IMG/VR virus record: IMGVR_UViG_3300030392_001100
Coordinates: 1-50,558 of that record
Strand: one strand, 5' to 3'
DNA: 50,558 nt
Origin: a virus
Taxonomy: Duplodnaviria; Caudoviricetes
Made by a program: the position numbers and the translations under genes. The notes beneath the pieces are model-generated. The model made no database searches. It saw only the letters and a program-made list of their open reading frames with translations, and was not told the origin of the DNA. Of this stretch, positions 1 through 7,494 are shown piece by piece. Positions within the stretch are counted from its first letter, which is position 1. Every line of letters begins with the position of its first letter.

Positions 1-208
1 GTGCCTTCTTGGCTGGTGCGGCTGCTGCGGCTGGTGCGGCTGGTGCGGCTGGCGCCTTCTTGGCTGCAGCCTCAAGCTCAGCTACCCTGGCCTCAAGCTC
101 ACGAACGTAAGCAAGCACCTTGGGCATACTCTTGGTTGCCTCGTACTTGCTCTTGTAGTTCCTGTAGTTGCTACTGATGAGCCCAAGCTCCTGCTGAGTC
201 AGAGACAT
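1..208 (-). CDS. Partial hypothetical protein (3' end outside window); coiled coil followed by Ala/Pro/Lys-rich tail
   Basis: ATG at 208 preceded by GAGG; reads MSLTQQELGLISSNYRNYKSKYEATKSMPKVLAYVRELEARVAELEAAAKKAPAAPAAPAAAAAPAKKA, open to the window edge. Confidence 0.7.
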   Translation of the reverse strand, partial: MSLTQQELGLISSNYRNYKSKYEATKSMPKVLAYVRELEARVAELEAAAKKAPAAPAAPAAAAAPAKKA

Positions 209-242
209 TTTTACCTCTCAGGTGTTGTTAAGCTGGCCGGGC

Positions 243-251
243 TGATATGCT
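243..251 (+). promoter_or_regulatory. Extended -10 promoter TGATATGCT; predicted +1 at the A of ATG 258 (leaderless mRNA)
   Basis: TG-n-TATGCT at 243-251, 6 nt, then ATG at 258; no SD upstream of that ATG. Confidence 0.5.
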
Positions 252-257
252 CGACAG

Positions 258-533
258 ATGGACAAAGATGGAAAGCTGTTCTCGCTGGATCGACAACCGT
301 TCAAATATGACGAACTGCCGGATGGTGCCATTCTACACTCTGGGATGAAGGTCGAGTGGCAGGGCGAAACCTTCAAGCTGGACACCAAGCCTTGTCCGAA
401 GTGTCTGCGCACAGAATATGGCATGCTCACCAGGGATGACGGCACCACAGTCTGTTTTGTATGCGGAGAGGTTGGGCTCATGATTGACGTGACAGGCCGG
501 GCCATTCGCGCACGCTCACGCTGCCACCAGTAA
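258..533 (+). CDS. Small zinc-ribbon protein
   Basis: 91 aa with CPKC...CFVCG pairs and coding-like codon usage; 3' end overlaps the convergent HTH gene. Confidence 0.6.
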   Translation: MDKDGKLFSLDRQPFKYDELPDGAILHSGMKVEWQGETFKLDTKPCPKCLRTEYGMLTRDDGTTVCFVCGEVGLMIDVTGRAIRARSRCHQ

Positions 534-711
534 CAGTCTCGATTGCAACAGCCAGCCTTAGCGCTGGCACCTTTCGTCCATACTCGAGATCGCGCAGGTA
601 GGCGATTGAGAGGTGGCAACCCTCTGGCTCCAGCTTGTCGTTGATCCAGTCAACAAACTGGGCACGGGTTGTCACGTTCGGTAGACCTTGTCGGTAATCT
701 TGGATGCGCAC
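478..711 (-). CDS. Cro/XRE-like HTH DNA-binding protein
   Basis: GTG at 711 with AGGAGG 9 nt upstream; LSIAYLRDLEYGRKVPALRLAVAIETVTGGSVSVREW is Cro-like. Confidence 0.75.
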   Translation of the reverse strand: MRIQDYRQGLPNVTTRAQFVDWINDKLEPEGCHLSIAYLRDLEYGRKVPALRLAVAIETVTGGSVSVREWPGLSRQS

Positions 712-731
712 AGCCACAGCCCTCCTTGTAA

Positions 732-760
732 AAAATAGCGGGGTGGACACAACTTGTCCA
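732..760 (-). promoter_or_regulatory. Leftward sigma70-type promoter TGGACA-N17-TATTTT
   Basis: -35 at 760-755 and -10 at 737-732 with a 17-nt spacer, directly upstream of the SD of the Cro-like gene. Confidence 0.6.
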
Positions 761-788
761 CATTGGGGTGTGGCCCATTGACACACCC
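743..788. promoter_or_regulatory. Two operator-like inverted repeats between divergent HTH genes
   Basis: GTGGACA-N5-TGTCCAC (743-761) overlaps the leftward -35; GGGTGTG-N9-CACACCC (766-788) overlaps TTGACA at 778-783. Confidence 0.6.
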
Positions 789-825
789 GTGGTATGTGAA
801 TAACAGTCTAAGTACGGAGACGGGA

Positions 826-1047
826 ATGGGAAAGAGGCTTGGGGCAGTACTGAAGTCCGCACGAAAGCGGAAGGGCGTCTCCCAGCAAAAGCTTGTTGCA
901 AGGATCGAGCTTGAGCACGGCGTCTCAATCAGGCAACCGAGGATGAGTGAGTACGAGTGCGGACGCAAAGAGCCAACAGAAATTGAGCTTCGGTGCATCC
1001 TTGAATCGCTTGGATACGAACCGAAAGGCAGGAACGCAGATGGCTGA
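826..1047 (+). CDS. XRE-family HTH transcriptional regulator
   Basis: ATG at 826 after GGAG; LKSARKRKGVSQQKL...MSEYECGRKEP fits the HTH_XRE pattern. Confidence 0.8.
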   Translation: MGKRLGAVLKSARKRKGVSQQKLVARIELEHGVSIRQPRMSEYECGRKEPTEIELRCILESLGYEPKGRNADG

Positions 1048-1999
1048 GATGTCGCGAGAAGAGTGGCTGCAAGAGAGAACCAAGGGCCTTGGCGCAACCG
1101 ACTGCGCCAACATCATCGTCAACTCAGCGAACCAGTCAGACCGGATTGGCTGCTGGAAGGGCAGCCTGTTCTCCATGTGGAGCACCAAGATGAAGCTCAG
1201 CCCAGCAGGTGGCGCGTCGTCACCCGCTGCACGACGGGGCCAGATCATGGAAGAGTACGTCTGCAGGATGTACCAGGAGCACCTTGGCGATGACGCGAAA
1301 CTCATTCAGCAGGGGCTGACCTGGCACCCGAAGCGCCAGCACATCTTTGGAACACCAGACCGCTTGGTAGAACTGGATGGCATTCGCTTCGGCATGGACG
1401 CAAAGACAAGGCGAAGCAGCAGGGGCTGGGGAGAGGAGGGCACGAACCTCCTGCCACTAGACACCGAGGTCCAGTGCCGGGTCTACATGGACATCTTTGA
1501 TACCCCATACTGGGATGTCGCCACACTGTTTGGGCTCGATGACTTCAGGATCTATCGAATCCACAACGACCAGGGCCTCATCGACGACATCTTGGATATC
1601 TGCGAAGGCTGGTTCTCGAAGCACGTCACTGGAGAGACGCCACCGCTCATGGACGGCAGCGCGCGCGCAAAAGAGGCCATCTCCAAGATGCACCCGAGAG
1701 AGTCGTCAGACACCCTGAGAAGCCCGACCGGGCACGAGTTGGACATACACAAAGAGCTTCTCAATGTTCGAGCCGAGCACAAGTCCCTGAGCACTCGAAA
1801 GCTAAAGCTCGAGAATCAACTTAGAGAGGCCATTGCAGACGATATTGGCATCGAGGGCGTAGCAACCTGGAAGGCCTCAAAGGACCGCAAGAGGTTTGAC
1901 TCGAACGCCTTCAAGGAAGCCGAGCCAGAGCTTTACGATAAATACACGACGACTGAGCCGGGTGCCCGCACCTTGCGGCTCATAGGGGAGAGCAAATGA
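1040..1999 (+). CDS. YqaJ-like (lambda Exo family) exonuclease
   Basis: REEWLQERTKGLGATD N-terminus, RGQIME, GTPD...MDAKT PD-(D/E)xK core, QCRVYM; directly upstream of RecT; ATG at 1040 overlaps the previous gene's end. Confidence 0.9.
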   Translation: MAEMSREEWLQERTKGLGATDCANIIVNSANQSDRIGCWKGSLFSMWSTKMKLSPAGGASSPAARRGQIMEEYVCRMYQEHLGDDAKLIQQGLTWHPKRQHIFGTPDRLVELDGIRFGMDAKTRRSSRGWGEEGTNLLPLDTEVQCRVYMDIFDTPYWDVATLFGLDDFRIYRIHNDQGLIDDILDICEGWFSKHVTGETPPLMDGSARAKEAISKMHPRESSDTLRSPTGHELDIHKELLNVRAEHKSLSTRKLKLENQLREAIADDIGIEGVATWKASKDRKRFDSNAFKEAEPELYDKYTTTEPGARTLRLIGESK

Positions 2000-2904
2000 C
2001 TACGGCGATGACGCACCAAGAGAACCTCACAACGCTCCAGGGATACCTGGTGAAAAAGAAGGACGTGCTCGTTCGCATCGCGCCAAAGGGCTCCGACGTG
2101 GAACGAATCATGCGCGTTGCGCTCTTCGAGGCAGCCAAGAATGAGAAGCTGGCGCAGTGTACGCCGGTCTCGGTCTACCTGAGCCTCGCAAAGGCCTGCG
2201 AGCTAGACTTGGTTGCAGGCGGCGTTCTGCATCGGTGCTCCCTGGTTCCGCGCTGGAACAAGGGCAAGAAGGGCTTTGAGGCCGACCTGATGATCGAGTA
2301 CACCGGGCTGATGGACCTCGTGCGGCGCTCAGGGGAAGTCAAGAACTTCACCGCCCGCTGCGTCAGGGAGAACGAAGTCTTCAAGCATACGTTTAGCCTA
2401 GAGCAAGGTGAGACGCTGATTCACGAGCCCTGCTACGACAACGAGCCAGGAAACCTCAAGATGGTGTACGCCGTCTGCGAGTTCAAGGACGGCTCCAAGC
2501 AGGTGGAGGTAATGCGCAGAGACCAGGTCGAGGCCGTCAAACGATGCTCTCGCTACTCTGACCAGGGGCCGTGGGCGGAGCACACTGAAGAGATGTGGCG
2601 GAAGACCGTCATTCGACGGATCTGCAAGTACTTGCCGCTGACCCCACAGGCCAAGGCAGTACTTGAGCACGACATCAACGTCGAGTATGGAGATGGGGCG
2701 GATCCGTTCATGAGTCCGGAAGTAGAGAAAGACCTATCGGCGCGGCCCAGCAGGGACACCTCAGGAGTGATTGATGTATCATCAGATGATGACTTCGATC
2801 CAATCAGCGTATTTGAGGCAGACGACAAGGAACGTGCTACTCAACCAAAGAGCCGCGCAAGCGCAGCCATCAAAAACGCCAAGGCGAACCAGGAAAAGGA
2901 GTAA
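1996..2904 (+). CDS. recT: RecT-family ssDNA annealing recombinase
   Basis: LAQCTPVS, YTGLMDLVRRSG, GPWAEHTEEMWRKTVIRRICKYLPL motifs; ATGA overlap with the exonuclease. Confidence 0.92.
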   Translation: MTTAMTHQENLTTLQGYLVKKKDVLVRIAPKGSDVERIMRVALFEAAKNEKLAQCTPVSVYLSLAKACELDLVAGGVLHRCSLVPRWNKGKKGFEADLMIEYTGLMDLVRRSGEVKNFTARCVRENEVFKHTFSLEQGETLIHEPCYDNEPGNLKMVYAVCEFKDGSKQVEVMRRDQVEAVKRCSRYSDQGPWAEHTEEMWRKTVIRRICKYLPLTPQAKAVLEHDINVEYGDGADPFMSPEVEKDLSARPSRDTSGVIDVSSDDDFDPISVFEADDKERATQPKSRASAAIKNAKANQEKE

Positions 2905-2907
2905 ACC

Positions 2908-3525
2908 GTGTCATCACTGATTGATCAGGTAGAAAGCAAAAAGGGGTACCGAGGGAGCCAGGAGGATGTCGAGCCCGAAGACAAGAAGCTCATGCAATCC
3001 TCTGAGCTTGTCAGCATCGCAAGCGACATCTGCGAGCGCAACAGCATCGAAGCAAAGCAGCGCAAGCGGTGGGCCAAGCACCGCAAGCGGCTGCACGACG
3101 TGTACTGGCCCCTGGGCTCAATCCTGGGCAAGTGCAACACCAAGAACTTTACCGGCATCATTGCGGCCTCTCTCGATCACTTTGACAAGACATGCAAGCA
3201 CGTCCAGCCGAACGGCGAGTGGAAGATTTGCGACTATGAGGTGGACATCCGCGACTCAAAGGATGGGGAGCGCATAGTCATGGCCGTGCAGTTCGTTGAC
3301 GCGCTCAACAAGCCAGACCTCAACTACCACAACGGTCAACCGGCGGTGAGCGTGAACATCACGGCCCCAGCCATCCCAGATGAGCTTGTATCTGCGCTCA
3401 AGGAGCGCGGCAGCGGTGACGATGAACTCAAGGACCTGCTCAAGCAGTTCGTTGGCGTCATGGCTCAGAAGGAGATGAGCAAGGTCAGTGAAGAGACACC
3501 TGCAGTCATCGAGGAACAGGCATGA
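2908..3525 (+). CDS. Hypothetical protein in recombination operon
   Basis: 205 aa, GTG start after AGGAG, tightly packed between recT and ssb. Confidence 0.75.
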   Translation: MSSLIDQVESKKGYRGSQEDVEPEDKKLMQSSELVSIASDICERNSIEAKQRKRWAKHRKRLHDVYWPLGSILGKCNTKNFTGIIAASLDHFDKTCKHVQPNGEWKICDYEVDIRDSKDGERIVMAVQFVDALNKPDLNYHNGQPAVSVNITAPAIPDELVSALKERGSGDDELKDLLKQFVGVMAQKEMSKVSEETPAVIEEQA

Positions 3526-3926
3526 TCAACAAGGCAATCCTTCTCGGAAACCTCTGCGCAGACCCAGAGGTCAAGCCACTGCCCTCCGGGACCACCGTGG
3601 CAAACATGCGCCTGGCCACCAACAGCCGGCGCAAGGTTGGCGACCAGTGGGAGGACGTTGCGGAGTTCCACAACGTCGTCGCCTTCGGCAAGACCGCAGA
3701 GAACGTCGGCAAGTACTGCGCCAAGGGAAAGCAGTTGTTCATCGAGGGCCGCATCCAGACCAGGAAGTGGCAGGACAAGGACGGCCGCGACCGCTACAGC
3801 ACAGAGATTGTGGCCGACCAGGTCCGGTTCCTGGGCGGCGCAGAGCAGCGCCAGGAGCACACAGCAGCAGCGCCAGCGCCAAGCAATGGTGGACAGCAGA
3901 GGCCGGCGGACGACATCCCGTTCTAA
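3522..3926 (+). CDS. ssb: Single-stranded DNA-binding protein
   Basis: MINKAILLGNLCADPE, EGRIQTRKW, C-terminal DDIPF. Confidence 0.95.
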   Translation: MINKAILLGNLCADPEVKPLPSGTTVANMRLATNSRRKVGDQWEDVAEFHNVVAFGKTAENVGKYCAKGKQLFIEGRIQTRKWQDKDGRDRYSTEIVADQVRFLGGAEQRQEHTAAAPAPSNGGQQRPADDIPF

Positions 3927-4183
3927 TGGGTGAGCCCCCGGATGATATTCTAGAGCGCCTCTCTGAGGCCAACCCAGACGCCGTGCTGTGGGACGGCTTT
4001 GATAAGGCCGTCGTAGGCATTGGCGCCCGGGTCAACCTTGGCCCCGTCGCCATCTACGACCGAGAGAAGTGCATCAAGGTCCTAACAGCGCAGGGCCTGT
4101 CTCGAGAAGATGCAGAGGAGTACTTCAGCTACAACGTAGAGGGCGCATACGTCGGTGAGTACACGCCAATCATTGGGGTGTAG
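3926..4183 (+). CDS. Small conserved phage protein of unknown function
   Basis: TAATG coupling to ssb; DGFDKAVVG...YDREKCI...EDAEEYFSYNVEGAYVGEYTP resembles a recurrent phage hypothetical family; the 3488 start in the ORF track is probably too long. Confidence 0.8.
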   Translation: MGEPPDDILERLSEANPDAVLWDGFDKAVVGIGARVNLGPVAIYDREKCIKVLTAQGLSREDAEEYFSYNVEGAYVGEYTPIIGV

Positions 4184-4249
4184 CGCAACTGGCAGCGCAC
4201 CTGGTTGTTACCCAGGAGGTTGTTGGTTCGAGTCCAACCGCCCCAGCCA
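4174..4249 (+). tRNA. tRNA-Asn (GTT)
   Basis: 76-nt cloverleaf: acceptor TGGGGTG/CGCCCCA, D stem GCGC/GCGC, anticodon stem CCTGG/CCAGG with loop TT-GTT-AC, T arm GTTGG-TTCGAGT-CCAAC, G73 and encoded CCA. Confidence 0.95.
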
Positions 4250-4703
4250 TCTCCCCACTCACCTCGTCCATGCCGCCGAAGCTTCATCGAAAGGGCGAGA
4301 GGCCCAGTCGGACCCAGTCGGGCGAGGTGGGTGGGACTTCCGTGGCTGAGCTATGGCCGCCAAAGCAATTGCCGTTATTCGGCCCCAGGTGGGTCCTAAG
4401 CGGCTCCAGATGCACAGCGCCGGGGTGTGGGCGCATTCGCCAAGCTGTGGCGCTGCTGGGCAGCCCAGTGGGCGAGAACAACGGTCCGCAGGGCGGGTGG
4501 AGATGCGAGGGCGGGCACGAGGGCTGGATCTGGCCAAACAACTGCGAATTCCCCGCCCCACGAGTTACGGAGCCTGGCTAACGTCCAATAGGACGTAAGC
4601 GCTGGTGTGAAGTGCCTCACTGCTGGGATGGGCCTGGTGGTGGGGTGGCTTTGCGCCTCCCGTGGATTGAGCCCCGTTCAGGTGTCACGGCCTGGGCGGG
4701 GTT
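4250..4703 (+). ncRNA. Candidate large structured non-coding RNA of unknown family, downstream of tRNA
   Basis: 16-bp helix 4254-4269/4320-4335; 10-bp long-range helix 4338-4347/4563-4572; nested 4357-4380/4476-4496; hairpins at 4456-4468 and 4581-4596; non-WC pairs are mostly G-U on +; no convincing ORF. Confidence 0.55.
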
Positions 4704-4704
4704 T
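4670..4704 (+). terminator. Probable terminator hairpin ending the rightward transcript
   Basis: AGCCCCGTTCAGGT-gtcacg-GCCTGGGCGGGGTT, 14 bp including G-U pairs on +; short T run; abuts the stop of the convergent operon. Confidence 0.55.
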
Positions 4705-4957
4705 ATCCGTCCTTGTTCTCGATCATCTTGGCGATGTCTTTCTTGAGCTTGTCCTCTTCCTTGCTCTTGATGATCGCGTCGAGCTTCGCCGTCTGATCTG
4801 TCAGTTGAGTAGCAATCGTGTCCGTCATCTGGTCAATGCGCTTCTGGGCAAACCAGTTGGTGACGATCAGGTAGATGGCAAAGATGCCCATCGCTCCGTA
4901 CTCCAGCAGTGCGGTGACTACGCTGCTGGCGCTATCGGCTACGGCTTGCTCTTCCAT
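4703..4957 (-). CDS. Holin-like membrane protein (one TM plus coiled coil)
   Basis: LLEYGAMGIFAIYLIVTNWF TM segment and charged C-terminus; directly after the endolysin. Confidence 0.6.
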   Translation of the reverse strand: MEEQAVADSASSVVTALLEYGAMGIFAIYLIVTNWFAQKRIDQMTDTIATQLTDQTAKLDAIIKSKEEDKLKKDIAKMIENKDG

Positions 4958-5532
4958 TAGAAGCTTGGCTCATCAATGAGCGTATAGGTGAACGTCTCGC
5001 CCCAAAGCTCGGCAGACCTCTTCACGAGCTTCATGAACTGCCGGAAGTCGTATTCGTTGGCAAAGACCTGGCAGCCGGCGCTCCACTTGTTGACTTGAGT
5101 AGACTGAGCCCCAGCCTTGTGTATGTTGATCCCGAAGTACCCCTCGTCAACACTCTCTGGATCCATGTCCAGGACTTCGTCCTTGTTGGCGTCCCGGTAA
5201 ACCTTGACCGAGCCGCCACGCTGAACCAGGGCATCGTATTGGCCGCGATGCTTTCCTATTTTGTAGGCGCCCCTGTACTGCCCAGGAACGAGGATTGCAG
5301 TCCCGTTCACATTGCTTGGATTGTCTAACCAGTACCGCCCAGGGTCCGTAGTGCAGTTCCAGGTTCGCGTTACCCAGCCCTCATCGTCCTTGTAGGCCAG
5401 ACAGATGCGGTCATCGAAGCAGTTGGCGCGGCTTTCCTTGGACCGTATGCCGATGATGTTGACGTTGTACGCGCCGTTCTCGAATACAGCGTGACCCAGC
5501 GAGTCAACGACATCGAGCAGCACAGGCCTCAT
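4957..5532 (-). CDS. Putative endolysin with YkuD/L,D-transpeptidase-like His...SAGC motif
   Basis: GINIHKAG...VNKWSAGCQV; NIIGIRS, CTTDPG; flanked by small membrane proteins. Confidence 0.7.
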   Translation of the reverse strand: MRPVLLDVVDSLGHAVFENGAYNVNIIGIRSKESRANCFDDRICLAYKDDEGWVTRTWNCTTDPGRYWLDNPSNVNGTAILVPGQYRGAYKIGKHRGQYDALVQRGGSVKVYRDANKDEVLDMDPESVDEGYFGINIHKAGAQSTQVNKWSAGCQVFANEYDFRQFMKLVKRSAELWGETFTYTLIDEPSF

Positions 5533-5816
5533 CTACATCTCGCATTCGTCGCCTGGCATATAGCATTTTGGTTGATCATCAGAGACTTCACGTCATCTGC
5601 CACAGCCGCCTGAGTAGTCTCCAAACGCTCTATCCGGGTATCATCGTGAGCTTCTGGATTGGCTACGTGGACGATGACCTGGGTTGTCTGCTCATCCAAC
5701 GTGGTCTTAATCTGGGAGACATTGTCCGACACCGACTGTAGGCTCCACCATCCACCGCCCGCCAGGAAGACGAGGGTGGAGATCCAGATGACCAGCTTTG
5801 CGTCGATTTGCTTCAT
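5529..5816 (-). CDS. Membrane protein (N-terminal TM plus coiled coil), holin/antiholin-like
   Basis: LVIWISTLVFLAGGGWW followed by a heptad-like region; ATGA overlaps. Confidence 0.6.
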   Translation of the reverse strand: MKQIDAKLVIWISTLVFLAGGGWWSLQSVSDNVSQIKTTLDEQTTQVIVHVANPEAHDDTRIERLETTQAAVADDVKSLMINQNAICQATNARCR

Positions 5817-6250
5817 CTTACTGCCCCTGAGCCATATTGATAAGCAGCGCTGAGGCCAACAGCAACCACGCCGACCGTTACCAGCGTTTCCAGTCTACCA
5901 AACCACCGCTGTGTTCCTGGTCTTTCAAGGAATGGTAGAGGCTCAGATTCCTCTTCGAGCCTCGCCTTATACCAATCACGCTCTCTGACCAGTTCCGCTG
6001 TGTCAATCCTGTAGCGATCCGATACAGCCTTGCCCCAGACCTCCAGGTTCAGCAGGTCGGCGTACTGAGAAAGGGGGACGGCCACTGCCGAGCATGCGGA
6101 AGAACCAGACGGGGAAAGGAGCTTGAACGGCAGCGGCTGACCCCTGGTTATGGGGTAAACCATTGCGCATTCACCTGCCACCGGCTCCGGCGGGGCTGGA
6201 CGCTCAATAGGGTCAGCATGCGCCAACGCGAGCAGCAACAGCATGCTCAC
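5813..6250 (-). CDS. Exported protein, possible spanin component
   Basis: Short signal MSMLLLLALAHA-D, two Cys, coiled coil, C-terminal hydrophobic LVTVGVVAVGLSAAY. Confidence 0.55.
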   Translation of the reverse strand: MSMLLLLALAHADPIERPAPPEPVAGECAMVYPITRGQPLPFKLLSPSGSSACSAVAVPLSQYADLLNLEVWGKAVSDRYRIDTAELVRERDWYKARLEEESEPLPFLERPGTQRWFGRLETLVTVGVVAVGLSAAYQYGSGAVR

Positions 6251-6498
6251 CTGCGGCTCCTGGCGTTACCAAGTGTTGCCAGGTCCTCCTCAGGCGTCTT
6301 TCCAGACTTCGCACGCTCTATACGCTCTATGGCCTCGTCAAACGTCTCCTGGACCACGCCTTGCGCGGCAGGGACAACGGGATTTGCGGGAGCCTCTGTC
6401 TCTGGCTTCTTTTTTCGAATGGACAGCCTGATTGTAAAAAACGCAAGCACCGCAACAACGAGTGCGCTGACGGCCGGTACGAATAACTCTTCCATCAT
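6247..6498 (-). CDS. Single-TM membrane protein, possible inner-membrane spanin
   Basis: N-terminal TM VSALVVAVLAFFTI followed by a helical region; ATGA overlap with the next gene. Confidence 0.55.
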   Translation of the reverse strand: MMEELFVPAVSALVVAVLAFFTIRLSIRKKKPETEAPANPVVPAAQGVVQETFDEAIERIERAKSGKTPEEDLATLGNARSRR

Positions 6499-6872
6499 GA
6501 CGCCATTATGCGGACCTGGACCGCGTTTGATGGGCTTGTCCCGCTACTGGTTGCTGCCCCTGTAGTACACCAGATCGATACCCCAGAGGCATACGCGTGG
6601 CCAGACGGCAGGCTATACGTCGCCACGGTAGCCCCGGCAGCGTAGAAAACCAAACCAGGCACTGTCGATCCTGGCGTAGCCGAGGATGCGTCTGCGATCT
6701 TCAGGTAGGCCGTTGTGGTGTTCTTTGAGTTGTCGATCTGGACCATGTAGATGCTACCGGTGGTTGCTGCGGTGACGTTGTCTCCATCAGCATCGTCACT
6801 CGCATCCGCAGACGAATCAAACACCAGCTTGGTGGCAAGCGCCGTAGGGTTCGAGATCGTGTAAACAGCCAT
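6495..6872 (-). CDS. Small beta-rich virion protein (paralog family A)
   Basis: IYMVQIDNSKNTTTAYLKI...PG...G; similar to 6882-7301, 49913-50308 and 50320-50558. Confidence 0.7.
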   Translation of the reverse strand: MAVYTISNPTALATKLVFDSSADASDDADGDNVTAATTGSIYMVQIDNSKNTTTAYLKIADASSATPGSTVPGLVFYAAGATVATYSLPSGHAYASGVSIWCTTGAATSSGTSPSNAVQVRIMAS

Positions 6873-6881
6873 TCTGTAGCC

Positions 6882-7301
6882 TCACTCAGTGGTAAGCGCG
6901 ATGAGTGGAGAGTATGTTTTTGTTGCCGTCTCTTCGGTGGAAGCGGTAATACGTACAACCGATGTGCCGGCGGAGGCAGTCGTGTCGGATGTGGCTGCAT
7001 TAAGTGTCGTGGCAAACGAACAAGAGGTAAATGGAATGCCCTCTGGGATGGTCCATGACTCTCTGGTGCTCCCGAGACAGCGAAGAATAATATCGGGTGC
7101 GGTAGAGCCTAAGACTGGACTGTAGCTCGAGAGATAGAGCTTGAGATAGTTGGTGTTGCTGCCGCTGGTGTTGTCGAAGTCAATCGAGTAGATCTTCCCG
7201 TTACCCGCAAAGGCGTCGGTGATCAACGAGTTGGTCGAGTCGCTCTCTACGGCCATTATGTAGCCGAGAGACCGATCAAACTTCGAGACTGTCAGTGCCA
7301 T
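6882..7301 (-). CDS. Small beta-rich virion protein (paralog family A)
   Basis: IYSIDFDNTSGSNTNYLKLY...GSTAPDII...IPEGIPF. Confidence 0.7.
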   Translation of the reverse strand: MALTVSKFDRSLGYIMAVESDSTNSLITDAFAGNGKIYSIDFDNTSGSNTNYLKLYLSSYSPVLGSTAPDIILRCLGSTRESWTIPEGIPFTSCSFATTLNAATSDTTASAGTSVVRITASTEETATKTYSPLIALTTE

Positions 7302-7305
7302 GCGG

Positions 7306-7494
7306 CTACTTCCTTAGCGCAGCCATGGCCTTCTCAGCCGAGTCACCTGCGATGTATGCAAGGCCAAGGTAGAGCCATTGGGTTGAATCGAGAGTGCCCA
7401 TCACCAGCAACGCAGTCCCAAGAGCCAGCACAGCAAGCCGGCGCCACGAGATGCGCTTCTGTGAATCAAACAGGGAAGCGATGAGATTTTTCAT
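7306..7494 (-). CDS. Holin-like two-TM protein
   Basis: ISWRRLAVLALGTALLVMG...QWLYLGLAYIAGDSAEK, a typical small phage holin pattern. Confidence 0.7.
   Translation of the reverse strand: MKNLIASLFDSQKRISWRRLAVLALGTALLVMGTLDSTQWLYLGLAYIAGDSAEKAMAALRK

Noticed and set aside
778-806. Complete rightward sigma70 promoter
   Set aside because: TTGACA is perfect but the -10 at 17 nt (TAACAG) is poor; recorded only as part of the operator region
3488-3925. N-terminal 146 aa of the 231-aa ORF in the track
   Set aside because: Overlaps ssb in another frame; the TAATG-coupled start at 3926 explains the protein-like part
4205-4211. Ochre suppressor reading (TTA) of the tRNA loop
   Set aside because: The 7-nt loop centres GTT, U1-A72 and G73 fit Asn, and genes read normally in the standard code
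4174-4249. tRNA as a prophage attachment site
   Set aside because: No integrase, no duplicated tRNA 3' end and no host genes in the window; phage genes lie on both sides
4520-4600. tmRNA-like resume context (AAACAACT-GCG-AAT...)
   Set aside because: The frame reads ANSPPHELRSLANVQ without an ALAA-type end, and no tRNA-Ala-like acceptor or T arm was found
4250-4600. Theta/HDV-like, twister, pistol or hammerhead ribozyme (GCGAAT, GGTCCTAAGC fragments)
   Set aside because: I could not build the required pseudoknots by eye, and the base after the tRNA is not G; left as an unclassified ncRNA
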